A stretch of 64,000 nt of DNA from Salpingoeca rosetta (taxonomy: Eukaryota > Protista > Choanoflagellata). The position numbers and the translations under genes are program-made. Shown here in pieces: positions 1 to 23,448 of the stretch. Below the pieces are notes generated by a model. That model saw nothing but the letters and a program-made list of their open reading frames with translations. It had not been told where the DNA came from and did not search any database. The stretch covers positions 186,001 to 250,000 of the forward strand of contig JAWQFM010000022.1 of assembly GCA_033442325.1 (NCBI GenBank), given 5' to 3'. How positions within the stretch are numbered: position 1 is the first letter of the stretch; every line of letters starts with the position of its first letter.

Positions 1-728
1 GTCCGGGCAGTTTGAGGATGGACACGCCGCGGGGAATGTCCCACAGGCGGCCCGTTGCATCATGCGATGCCGTCACGCACTGACGCAAGCAGCGCAAGCG
101 AGGGTATGGGTGTTCGGGTGAGGGCGAGGCGTGGAGGAGGAGATGGTTGAGGTGGTACATGAGGATTACGTAAGCTGCGACGTGCACACACATACACTCA
201 CTCACACTCACACACATGCACACACACACGCACACCTGGTTGTCCTGGCAGAGTGCGAGGGAGGAGATGGGCGCTGTGTGACCGACGAATGTGCTGTCGG
301 GCTGCTTCAACACCACGCCTGCAAGGAAAACAAAAGCCCAAACGAGGAGGAAAGAAGGCAAAGCCGACGCCAGCACATGGGGACGATATCAGCGAGCAAA
401 GTTGCAAACGCAGCTGACATTCATACAAACCGACACGCGTGTGTGCACGTAGCACTGCTGTGTTGCATGCACCGCACCTTGGCTTGTGTCCTGTCCATCG
501 CCAACCCCAACGGTCATTCCAATCGAACGCGGGCTGTGGCAATTGTCATTCGTGTGTGTGCGTGTGATGTGATGTGATGCGATGTGTGTGTGTGATGTCA
601 TGTGTGTGTGATGTCATGTGTGTTGTTGTGGGAATGGCGGTGGTGAGCAGCGAGAAGCGACCGGGGTGGCGCTGACAGAGCACTGGCACAGCAAACACAC
701 AATGATACAGCAACCATCACGAATAACG

Positions 729-766
<38 letters not shown>

Positions 767-1093
767 CCACCACCACCATCACTGTCCCACTTTGCCAATT
801 CCCGGTCGACGAGCCAGCGGTGCACGGCGCCATCGCCGCCGCCGGAGAGGCCAACAAAGTGTGCGGCCTGTGCACCAGGGTCAAGCAGCGTCGCCGTGTT
901 GGCTGAGGAGCGGTGGCCGCTGTACTGCACAACACACGCCCCACTGTTGACCAGCCACACCCGGCACGTGCGGTCAGCAGACGCACTCACAGCCTGGTGA
1001 GAGCGGAGGAGATGGGAGGTGGGAGAGTATGTACACGTGTGAGTTGGTGTTGAGCGCAGTGTATGAGGACACATGGGCGTGTGTGTGTGTCTC

Positions 1094-1150
<57 letters not shown>

Positions 1151-2550
1151 GTCTCTGTCTCTCTCTGTCTCTCTCTCTGTCTCTGTCTGTGTGTCTCTCT
1201 CTCTTCCTTTCTCTCTCTCTCTGTCTGTCTCTGGGAGCGCACCATGTCGAGGCCGTCAATGACGCTGCTGCAGACGGACCACACGCCATCGGAGTGGCCG
1301 TGCAGCGTGCTCGTGCACGTCCCTGGTTTTGACACAGATGAAATGAAGCAAGTGGTTGTGAGAGACTGCGCAGACGGAAAACGGGTACAACACAACAACA
1401 AACGCACACACCGATGTGTGTGGCGAAGCCTTTGTGCACACACACACAGCAGCAGCAGCAGCATGTGTACAGTATGAACAAAGGACCTTCGATGACAAGC
1501 GGATCGTGACGTGCGAATGTGGAGACGATGCGGTTGGTGGAGGCCTGGTATGCCTTCTGAAGCTTCTTCGACACCTTGCGCCCGCCCTTCTGCTGCAATG
1601 GACCACGCAGAGATGTCGACGGCGGCGTTGTGAGCAGTGTGCGGGCTCGATTTGGTGCAGGTGCTTGACCAACAACTTGCACACCTCACCCACAACCGAC
1701 CACAAGCACATACACATCCAACCACAAGCAACAACAATCAACTACATACATACACATTCACCCACAATCAAACACACTTCAACAAGCACAGCATGCATAT
1801 GCACTTTCTGAAACCCTTTGGCCTGAGGCCGCTCGCAGTACCTTGTCGTCCAAGCGCGCTTCCGTCGCGCTGCCGGCCCGTGGGCGCGGCTGGGTCTGGG
1901 GATGATCAGAGCCCACATCCGGCGAGTCGGGGTACATGGGGATGTACCGCAGGGCAAGGTCCAGCCTGACACCATTGGTGTTGGTGGTGGTAATGGTGGT
2001 GATGGTGTGGTGGTGATGGTGATGAGTGTATACGTGTGTCGGGAAAGCAAGGAGTTCCGAAGTTGACCACCACATCAGTGCAAGCAAGCAAACGCCACCA
2101 TCCTTCGCCGAAGAGCCACGATTCCCATCTACCAAAGCACGTGCGCACGCAACACACCCACACACACACCCTTCTCACCAAACAAGCTTTCAAAGCACCA
2201 ACACCAGGCAGTAGCAACAGCGTCAGCACCACCACCTCGACACCCATCTTCTGCAACCAAACGCTTACTGTTCTTTCAGTTGCGCATTCTCTTCTTTCAA
2301 AGTGAGGATCTCTTTCTCCAGTCCCCGCAGAAGCTGCATCGCGCGATCCCCCTCCGTCGTGGAGTCGCTCTGGGTCCGAGAAAACGTCGCACACAGCAGT
2401 AGCAGAAAGAAGATGGGGCAAGGAAGAGGGTGAACGAGGTGTGGAACGAGCGAGGAGGTCTCACAGGCTGCAAACAAACACAAACAAACCACAACAGTTC
2501 AACAGCCAACATCAACAGCACCCCAACAACAGCAAGCAACAACGAACCAT
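1..2550 (-). CDS. WDR37: WD40-repeat protein, WDR37-like (multi-exon; 3' end runs off the window start)
   Basis: Spliced peptides: N-terminal coiled coil [22 protein letters not shown], then [17 protein letters not shown] (resembles the WDR37 KLKTTYKASTSKIVSSF segment), and WD repeats [47 protein letters not shown]. The start is either ATG 2550 (directly followed by GT, intron 2547-2370) or the in-frame ATG 2339. Confidence 0.8.
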
Positions 2551-2694
2551 CTTCCTTCTCTCTCCTAAGTTGTGATTGTAGAAAAATAACAGAAATCATC
2601 GCCACTTTTCTCCAAACCAGCGCGAACGCACCAGTGCAGCCACCCTTATCGTTCGCTCGCTTGTTGTTGTTGTTGTTGTTGTTGCATCGCCGCC
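2551..2694. promoter_or_regulatory. Putative bidirectional promoter between WDR37 and DDX23
   Basis: About 145 bp separate the divergent starts if ATG 2550 is used. Inferred from gene layout only. Confidence 0.45.
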
Positions 2695-3648
2695 ATGAGC
2701 CGCAGAGACGACGAAGACATGGACCCCAGGTCCAAGCGCGCCAAGGTGGCGGACGACTACGACCACCACCACCGCAGCTCCTCATCCAGCAGGCGCGACC
2801 GCGACAGGGACGACGACGACGGTCGTGATAGACGTGACCGTGACCGGCGTGACAGGGACAGGGACAGGGACAGGGAATATCATCGCAGCACCAGCACCAG
2901 CAGTAGCCGCCGTGACCGCGACCGTGACCGTGACCGTAACCGCGACCGTGATCGTGCCCGTGATGATCGTGCCGACCGTGATGACCGTAGCCGCAGAGAC
3001 AGGCACCGCGATAGGGATGAAGACCGCGACAGACGCGACAGAGACAGAGACAGGGACCGCGACCGTGACCGCGACACGAGGGAGAGCCGTGACAGGGAGC
3101 GTTCGCGTGACAAGGACGCAGATAAGGACCGGCGCAGCCGTGACCGCTCTCCAAGGTTTGTTGTCTGCGCTTTGCACCTGCATGTTGTTGTCATTTGCTG
3201 CGACTTTGCTTTCTAACATTTCTCGCTTTTTGCTCTTTGTGAATGTGGCTCGCTTTGCACGACACAAGTGCTGCTCGGCGTTGCTTCTCTCTTGCTCCTC
3301 ACATCCCATCCCACCCTCTGTCTGCTGGCCGGTTCATGCTTTAGTCGTGGAGGTGATACGCGCAAGAGCAGCGGGCTGGCCCCATCGTCAGCGACAACAG
3401 CAGCAACAACTACAACTACAGCAACATCCTTAACGAAGAGCAGCACGAGCGACAGCAACAACGGCACAAAGGTGCCGCTGTCACTTGAAGAGCTGCTGGA
3501 GAAGAAGAAGAAAGAGCGTGAGGAGAATGCAAAGCCAAAGTTCCTGAGCAAGAAGGAACGGCAAGAGGCGGCTCTCCGTCGCCGCCAGGAGCAAGTCGCC
3601 GCACAGCGGGCAAAGTGCGTCGTCGTATTCGCCTTGCTCTGTGGCTTC

Positions 3649-3741
<93 letters not shown>

Positions 3742-4345
3742 GGTGGATGGGTGTACAAGTGTGTGTGTGTGTATTTGACAACATTGTGTGGACATGCAGC
3801 CATCCCATCCTTGCCTTGAGCGTGCCTCACCTCACACCATCTTCTTTCAACCCATTGCGGTTCGCGGTTGCAGGATGGAGGAACAGCGCAAGGAGCGCGA
3901 GCGCCTGGACCGCGAAGCCAGGATGATTGCACGCGGTGGGTGATGCGTCCCATGTCGTGCCATGCCGCACGTGTACATTATGTTTTGAGCAACTCCATGG
4001 CACGCTGGTGTCTCCCTGCTGCCATATCCGTGGGAGTTGTCTCGCACACCCCTCGCTCATGCTTCCTGCTTCTCTCACATGCTTTTCGCACAACCATCCA
4101 CCCCTCCATCCATCCATCCATCCACGTGCCCATGGATGCATGACTGTATCCATGGATGCACGACTGTATCCATGGATGCACGACTGTGTCCAGCGGCCCG
4201 CCATTCCGATGGCAACGCGACGGCTGCGGACGCCTCTGCCGGTGCAGACGACAGCGTGGACAAAGAGCGCGAACAGGAACTGCAGGCCATCAAGGTGTGC
4301 TACTGGTGGTGATGGTGGTGGTGGTGGTGGTGGTGGTGGTGGTGG

Positions 4346-4394
<49 letters not shown>

Positions 4395-6678
4395 ATTATT
4401 GTTGTTGTTGTTATTGTTGTTGTTATTGTTGTTGTTGTTGTTATTGTTGTTGTTGTTGCTGTTGTTGTTGTTGTAGTAATTAATTTTTTGTTGTTGTTGT
4501 TATTATTTAATTTGTTGTTTAAGTTGTTGTTATTATTTAATTTGTTGTTTAAGTTGTTGTTGTTGTTTAAGTTGTTGTTGTTGTTGTTGAAGTTGTTTCA
4601 GTTGTTGTTGCAGCGTTGGTGGTGATTGTCATGGCGCGTTTTCACAAGCTGCATTGTTGAATCCACATGTGTACGGCAAACACCCACCCACACGCACACA
4701 CATGTGGTCTTCCACCCTCACTTGGACTCACCCGCCCAATCTTCCCTCCACCACCATGTCACCATCACCACCACCATCACCACCGTCATCAACATGTCAG
4801 GACCGGTACTTTGGGAAACACACGGAGAAGCGCAAGATTCGCCGCATGAACGAGAAGAAGTTTGTGTTTGACTGGGAGGGCACGGACGACACATCTGTGG
4901 ACCATAACCCACTGTACAAGGAAGTGCACGAGGCGCAGCTGTTTGGCCGCGGCCACCTCGCCGGCATCGATGTCTCCTCCCAAAAGAAGGTGTGTGCATG
5001 TCATGTGTGTGTTTGTTTGTTTGCTTGTTTGTTTGCTTGTGTGTGTTTTTGTTTTGTTTGTTTGTTTTGTTTGTTGTGTGTGCGTGTGCATGCCGTGTGT
5101 GTTGTGTTGTTGTGTGTGCATGTCTGTGATTGTGCGCTTGTCGTGTGCGTTGTTTCGTGTATGTGTGTTTATGTTGTGTCTACGTTGATACACAGTTGCT
5201 GTTGCCGTGAGTTGACAACTGACAACACATCATCACCACCACCACCACTGCTGCCGCTGCCGTGCAGGAGAAAGGAAAGTTCTACGAGGACATGCTTGAG
5301 CGCCGTCGCACCGAAGTGCAGAAGGAACAGGTCCGCTCGCATTTGCTGTCGTATGCATGCAAATACCCGGGGGGCGTCGATTTGATGCCCGCTTGCGTGT
5401 GTCTTAGTTCACATCAGCCCTCTCACACATGCACACTCACTCACTCACACACTTACTCACACTCACACACACACACACACACTCACTCACTCACACACAT
5501 ACACACACATACACACACACACACACACACCATGTCCCTCCCCACCCGCAGGAGGACCGCCGGCTGCGCAAGTTGCGTCAGAAGAAGCAGAAGCAGCTGT
5601 TTGACGAGCGCCACTGGTCCGAAAAGCCGCTGGCGGACATGACGAAACGCGACTGGCGCATCTTCCGGGAGGACTACAACATCACGACCACCGGCGGCCG
5701 GATCCCATCGCCGCTCCGCTTCTGGTCAGAATCCGGACTCGACCCGCGCATCCTCGAGATCATCGACGACCTTGGGTACGGTCTTTGTTGTCGTGTTTGC
5801 ATCCGTTTGCGTGCGTTTGTGTGTGTATGATCATGTGTTTGCATTGTGTGTTTATGGTGTGCGTGCATATTCGTACGCATGTACGCTTGACGTTGTTGTG
5901 TCCCACTTCTGCCGTGCTGGCTGTGCGCACCCCACCATCCCTACCCTCATACCACCAATTCCATGACGACCCCAACAGCTTCAAGGAGCCTACGCCGATC
6001 CAGCGTGCTGCGCTGCCCATCGGCCTCACCAACCGCGACATTTGCGGCGTTGCGGAGACCGGGTCCGGTAAAACGCTCGCCTTTGTCCTCCCGCTCCTCC
6101 AGTGGATCCTCTCCCTGCCAAAACTCGAGCGCGAACAGGTACGTGTGTGTGTGTGTGTGCGTGTGTGCGTGTGTGTGCGTTTGTGCGCATGTGTGTGCGT
6201 GTGTTCGTGTTTGTGCATGTGCGTGCGTGTGTGCGTGTGTATTTATGTGTGTTTGTGTGTCTGTTTGTGTGTTTTGGTGTACGAAGCTTTGCAGTGTGTG
6301 CATTCTGCGCCCTCCCCCCCCCCCTCGTTTGCACTGCACATCACCCCCCCCTTCTCTGTTCAGCTCATCTCAACCCTCCCCCCCCCCACTCCACCCCCTA
6401 CACTGCCGCAGGACATTGACAACGGCCCGTACGCGATCATCCTGGCGCCGTCGCGCGAGCTGGTGCAGCAGATTGAGGAGCAGACGCGCAAGTTCTCGGA
6501 CCCGCTCGGCGTGCGTACTGTCGCCGTCATTGGCGGTGCGAGCAGGGAGGAGCAAGGGTTCCAGCTCCGGCAGGGGTGCGAGGTGGTGATTGCCACGCCC
6601 GGCCGTCTCATCGACGTGCTTGAGAACAGATACCTCGTCCTCAACCAGGTCCGCCGCGCTGGGATAGAGGGGGAGGGG

Positions 6679-6775
<97 letters not shown>

Positions 6776-7132
6776 CTTTTGAACTATGTGTATGCACATC
6801 GTTTGCGCTCTCTGTCTCATGCATTTCCAACACGCCGCTCACACGTGGCCGCATCCACTTGTCTCATCGCCACCACCGCGTTGCAGTGCACGTACGTCGT
6901 GATGGACGAGGCTGACCGCATGCTCGACATGGGCTTTGAGCCCGCCGTACAGCAGATTCTCGAACACGTCCCCGTCACAAACCAGAAGCCAAACACAGGT
7001 GCGCAACGTGCCTTGCTGCCGTGGCGCTGAAAGTGGTGCTGGTGGTGGCGTTTCCTGTTTGCGTGCGTGCTGTTTCCATCGCTACTGATGCATGGCTGTC
7101 TCGCACTTGCTCTTCACCTTCCAGCACGCACG

Positions 7133-7227
<95 letters not shown>

Positions 7228-8270
7228 GCCTACTGTCTCACTTGCCCCCCTTCCCGCCGCTTGAATATGGTGCAGATGAAGCCGAGGACGAAGCGTTTCT
7301 GCTGCAGGACATCAAGAACAAGAACAAGTACCGCCAGACGGTGCTGTTCACAGCCACCATGCCGCCCGCTGTCATGAAGCTCGCCAACACGTACCTGCGC
7401 CGCCCAGCCACCATCCGTATTGGCACCGTCGGCAAACCCGTCGACCGCGTACGTTTGCGCACACTCATGTGTTTGCACGTGTGTACTCGTGCACACCAGT
7501 GTGCACACGCTCTCATGTATTTCATGTATTTGGATGTTCAAAACCGCACATGCACATGCACATGCATGCACATTTACACACCACCACCACCACCACCATG
7601 ACGCTTGCGAGTGCATGCCCGCATGTGCTTTGTTCGATGATGCTTTTTTCAGCTCACAAACCACATTTCTGTCCACTGCTCCCGCTCGCCTCTCCCTGCA
7701 GGTTGAGCAACGCATGATTCTGACAACGGAGCAGAACAAGCGCAACGAGCTTGTGAAGATTCTTCGCTCCGAGCCCGAGCCACCCATCATCATCTTTGTC
7801 AACCAGAAGAAGGGGTGCGACGTGCTGGCGCGCTCGCTGGAGAAAATGGGCTACCGTGCTGCCACTCTCCACGGCGGCAAGGGCCAGGACGTCCGGTGGG
7901 TCACCTTGATCTTGATTGATGGTGATGATGGTGGTGGTGGTGGTGGCTCGATGATGATTGATGGTGATGGTGGTGGTGGTGGTGGTGGTGGTGGCTCGAT
8001 GATGATTGTTTGATGGTGATGGTGGTGATGGTGGTGGTGGTGGTGGTGGTGGTGATTGATTGCTGGTGTTTGTGTTTTCGTACTTGTATTTGCGGTTGTG
8101 CTCCTTTGTATCAGACATGAATCACTCGCTCACGCGCGCTCACGGGGGCCTCGTCGCCCCTCCCTCCCGTGTTTTTGTTTCCCCAGTGAGCATGCGCTTG
8201 CGAGCCTGAAGGAAGGATACAAGGACATTCTCGTGGCAACAGATGTGGCCGGTCGTGGCATTGACATTCC
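2695..8270 (+). CDS. DDX23: DEAD-box RNA helicase PRP28/DDX23 (U5 snRNP 100 kDa); multi-exon, final exons presumably in the gap 8445-9367
   Basis: RD/RS-rich N-terminus, [58 protein letters not shown], motif [31 protein letters not shown] variant [28 protein letters not shown]. Introns are GT-AG. Confidence 0.95.
3654..3739. repeat. (GT)n microsatellite, representative of dozens of intronic GT/CA tracts in the window
   Basis: Pure GT dinucleotide run shortly after a DDX23 5' splice site. Confidence 0.95.
4131..4190. repeat. 20-bp minisatellite x3 (CATGGATGCAYGACTGTRTC)
   Basis: Three tandem units ending immediately before a CAG acceptor in DDX23. Confidence 0.9.
4305..4610. repeat. Compound (GGT)n-(GTT)n trinucleotide microsatellite with ATT/TTAA interruptions
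   Basis: Directly visible in a DDX23 intron. Confidence 0.95.
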
Positions 8271-8362
8271 GTAAGCGCCCGCGCTGTCGCTGTGATGCGT
8301 GCACTCATTCATCGTGGTGGCTTGCATTGTGTGAAGGCTGCCCGCGCATTGCTACACGTGTG

Positions 8363-8444
<82 letters not shown>

Positions 8445-9367
8445 NNNNNNNNNNNNNNNNNNNNNNNNNNNNNNNNNNNNNNNNNNNNNNNNNNNNNNNN
8501 NNNNNNNNNNNNNNNNNNNNNNNNNNNNNNNNNNNNNNNNNNNNNNNNNNNNNNNNNNNNNNNNNNNNNNNNNNNNNNNNNNNNNNNNNNNNNNNNNNNN
8601 NNNNNNNNNNNNNNNNNNNNNNNNNNNNNNNNNNNNNNNNNNNNNNNNNNNNNNNNNNNNNNNNNNNNNNNNNNNNNNNNNNNNNNNNNNNNNNNNNNNN
8701 NNNNNNNNNNNNNNNNNNNNNNNNNNNNNNNNNNNNNNNNNNNNNNNNNNNNNNNNNNNNNNNNNNNNNNNNNNNNNNNNNNNNNNNNNNNNNNNNNNNN
8801 NNNNNNNNNNNNNNNNNNNNNNNNNNNNNNNNNNNNNNNNNNNNNNNNNNNNNNNNNNNNNNNNNNNNNNNNNNNNNNNNNNNNNNNNNNNNNNNNNNNN
8901 NNNNNNNNNNNNNNNNNNNNNNNNNNNNNNNNNNNNNNNNNNNNNNNNNNNNNNNNNNNNNNNNNNNNNNNNNNNNNNNNNNNNNNNNNNNNNNNNNNNN
9001 NNNNNNNNNNNNNNNNNNNNNNNNNNNNNNNNNNNNNNNNNNNNNNNNNNNNNNNNNNNNNNNNNNNNNNNNNNNNNNNNNNNNNNNNNNNNNNNNNNNN
9101 NNNNNNNNNNNNNNNNNNNNNNNNNNNNNNNNNNNNNNNNNNNNNNNNNNNNNNNNNNNNNNNNNNNNNNNNNNNNNNNNNNNNNNNNNNNNNNNNNNNN
9201 NNNNNNNNNNNNNNNNNNNNNNNNNNNNNNNNNNNNNNNNNNNNNNNNNNNNNNNNNNNNNNNNNNNNNNNNNNNNNNNNNNNNNNNNNNNNNNNNNNNN
9301 NNNNNNNNNNNNNNNNNNNNNNNNNNNNNNNNNNNNNNNNNNNNNNNNNNNNNNNNNNNNNNNNNNN
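8445..9367. other. Assembly gap flanked by (CA)n
   Basis: Run of N bases. Confidence 0.99.
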
Positions 9368-9424
<57 letters not shown>

Positions 9425-9443
9425 TGTGTGTGTGTGTGTCACT

Positions 9444-10166
9444 TCACCAAGATGAGTCGCTGCCTCGTCCAAACTTGAACACCAACGAACTAATGGCATG
9501 ATCGAAATGCATGTGAGCGGTGAAACGGGCAGTGTGCGCGTGGTGTCTTCAACGCAAACCCACGCACGCACACACACACACAAACAAACACACACACACA
9601 CACACAGAATGAATGCCATGTCCACGAACACAAACGCAAGCTCCATACAAACAAACACACACGCACGTGTCAACACACCTGATGAAGATGAGGGAATTCT
9701 GCAAGAACACACAGGCGCCCGCGTAGTCTTGGCCTGCAACCAAGATGACAAGAGCCGGGGGTTATGAGGCGGTCACTCAAATCCACACTGAACATATGAC
9801 CAACTGTTTCGTATGTACACGTGCATCAGCGCAGACAAACACAAGCACACACACACACATTTGCACATACAAGCACACAAACAAACAGAAGCACACCTTG
9901 CTTGATGTATTGTTCGATCATGACCCATGTGGCGGCAATGAGCGATCCGAACGACATCACCAGCCCGAGCAGGAGCCACACCCGTGCACCTGATTCGCGC
10001 GAGGAGACAGGGCGAGTGAGTGAACGGGTGTGGGTGACAAGAGAGATGATGGAAGGAGGAGGAGTGTTGACACACCCACACCCACACCCACACACACCCA
10101 CACCCACACCCACACATCCACACCCACACACACCCACCCACACACCCACCCACACACCCACCCACA

Positions 10167-10203
<37 letters not shown>

Positions 10204-10998
10204 TCAGAACAATCCACACGTATTCCCATGCACACACGACGCACCTGCTGTTCCAAGGCATCCATCTGTGTACACATCACCGGAAAGCATCTCCGCAGAA
10301 ATGGCATTCACCCTGGTTGTTGTTGTTGTTGTTGACACGGAGAAGAGGAATGCGATATGTGCCAGATGAGCGAGCGAGCAGCAATCTCAGCAAGATGGCA
10401 ATGAAATTTCAACACACACACACACACACACACACACAAGCACACACACACAAGCACACACATGTACATTCACTCGCACACAATCTTCCACAAGCGCCAC
10501 TTGCTCCACCAAATCAAGTACGCACATGAACAAGCCCAAAGTAGACATGACGCCGATGGCCTGGTGCTTGTCCTCGATGGAGTCGTTGACGGTGCCGTCA
10601 ATCATGAACCACCAGCCAACAGCAAACTGTCATGGTTCGTGGGGATTGTGGTTTGGGTTGAAGTACGTGCACATACATACCAAACACAAAAGATGAGCGC
10701 AATCCCAAGAAAGCCGCCAAGCACACGTGCAATTGCAGGGAGACAGAAATACAGACAGAAGAAGCCATGAACTCGCGCACACACATCAACACACACCTCC
10801 CCCCTACACGCACACGTACCAACACCTCCCCCCCCCCACACACACACGCACGCAAACACACATTGCGTGACTGCGTACCAGGATGCCCGCTGCGACAGAG
10901 GAGATTGGGTTGCGGTATTGTGCCAGGGCAGGGCAGCACTCTCCACACCCCGTGCAGCAGTTCTCACACCCTTCATCCAGACATCCTCGCGACGCCAT
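9444..10998 (-). CDS. TMEM50: Transmembrane protein 50 (TMEM50/Vps68 family), multi-exon
   Basis: Exons give MASRGCLDEGCENCC...RNPISSVAAGIL / FAVGWWFMIDG...GVMSTLGLFM / [30 protein letters not shown] / GACVFLQNSLIFI / LVFKFGRGSDSSW*. These match TMEM50 motifs (GWWIMID, GCLGRTGARVWL, FQNALIF, YKFGR). Confidence 0.9.
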
Positions 10999-11748
10999 CA
11001 CCGTTGTTGTCGTGTCTCTGCTTCGCGTGGATGTCAGCAAGGAACGAAGGCAGGAGAGAAGGTAGGAGAGAAGGCAAGAAGGCGGTTGGTTGCTTTGTAT
11101 TGGTTGGCTGGTTGGCTGTTGAGTCATCAGCGAAGTGAATGGCACCGACTGAATTCAGTTTAATATTGTTTTGTGGTGTTGTTAGTACGATCGAAATTTA
11201 GCGAAACATGCCGACACTTTTCTCGCCAACAGAGCAAGCCAGCGCAGCCAAAGCAGCAGAGAAGTTGGTGAGTGTGTGGAGTGTGTGGAGTGCAGAGTGG
11301 TGCTGCTGAGCGTTGGACGAGCGAGTGAGGCAAGCAAGCGGAGCTTGGAAGGTGAAAGCGCCAAGGAGAGGTGAAAGCATGGAGGATTAAGCGCGGGTGC
11401 ACGTTGGAGGTTCTTGTCGCTGGTGTGTTTTGGGAGTGTGGTAGCGGAGTCGCGGCTGCTTCAGTGAACAGATACGACGGCAAACACAAACACTGAGAAG
11501 CAGTGACATGACGTTTGTGCTGGGTTGGATGTTTGAGAGATGAAGTCTTCAAATCATCGATGCTCACTTGCATCGTCTTGTGCACCTGTGCTCATATGTG
11601 TATGTGTGTATATGTTTGTGTGTGTGTGTGTGTGATGTGTGTGTATGTGTGTATGTGTGTATGTGTGTGTCTCCCTCTTCCCCCCCCTCTCTCCCTCGTT
11701 CGTCCTTGGTGTTTGTTTGCCGATTCTGCAGGCGGAGGGGCTCGTACC

Positions 11749-22557
<10,809 letters not shown>

Positions 22558-23448
22558 GGCGTGAGCACGTGTGTGTCTGTGTGTGTGTGTCTGTGTGTGT
22601 CTATGTGTCTCTGTGTGGATGTGGGTGTGTGGGTGTGGGTGTGGGTGTTGAAGTGCGGTGAGTGTGACAGATGCTGTGTGCGTGTTCAGTTGGTAGCTAC
22701 TCATCTCGTGTCGTGTTGTTGTTCTTGTGATGATTCTTGGTTGTGATGTGTCGTTTCTCGCTCCTCTTTGTGTTTGGTTTTTTGTCTCCCATCTTTGTTC
22801 TCGCGTGTTTGCTAACGTGTAGATAGTGGGCGGTTTGTACGGTTGGTCAACCACACACACGCACGCACGCACGCACTTGCATACACACGGGACAAGGGTG
22901 GCAAATAGACAACAAGAAGGAAAGACGTGGCAAAGGTGCTTGGTGGTGATGATGCTGATGATGATGCTGCTGCTGATGATGATGATGATGATGCTGGCCA
23001 TGGCAGCGAGGGCAGACCGGGATAATGACAAAACAGAGGCGAGGGAGAGGGAGTGATTGGGAAGGGTGGTCATCACCACGTGTGCATGCAAGCACGCCTA
23101 AGGGGAAGGAGGCCGAGAAGCGAAGCAGAGGAAGAGGGGCGCACACATGCAAGGACATATCTTTCATTTCAGCTAAGGGACCACACAAACAGAGAATACA
23201 AATACGCAGGGCCATTCAGGTGTGTGTGTGTGTGTGTTTTTGGGGGGAGGTGGGATGCTGAGACGATGAAGCACAGGCTGTGCATCCATGATCACGCGAA
23301 GCGACCAATGCGACAGCTTCAACGTTCATCATCATCAGCAGCAACAGTGGCAGCATCCCCCACGGACACCACAGACATCAACAGCAGCACAAAACACCAT
23401 CATGAGCGCTACCACGAACAGCAGCAGCACCAGCAGTGATGATGCCAA

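Noticed and set aside
10690-10770. TM-like peptide (GFFCLYFCLPAIARVLGGFLGIALIF) in TMEM50 intron 1 as an alternative exon
   Set aside because: The flanking exons already join to give a complete TMEM50, and T-rich intron sequence readily translates as hydrophobic.
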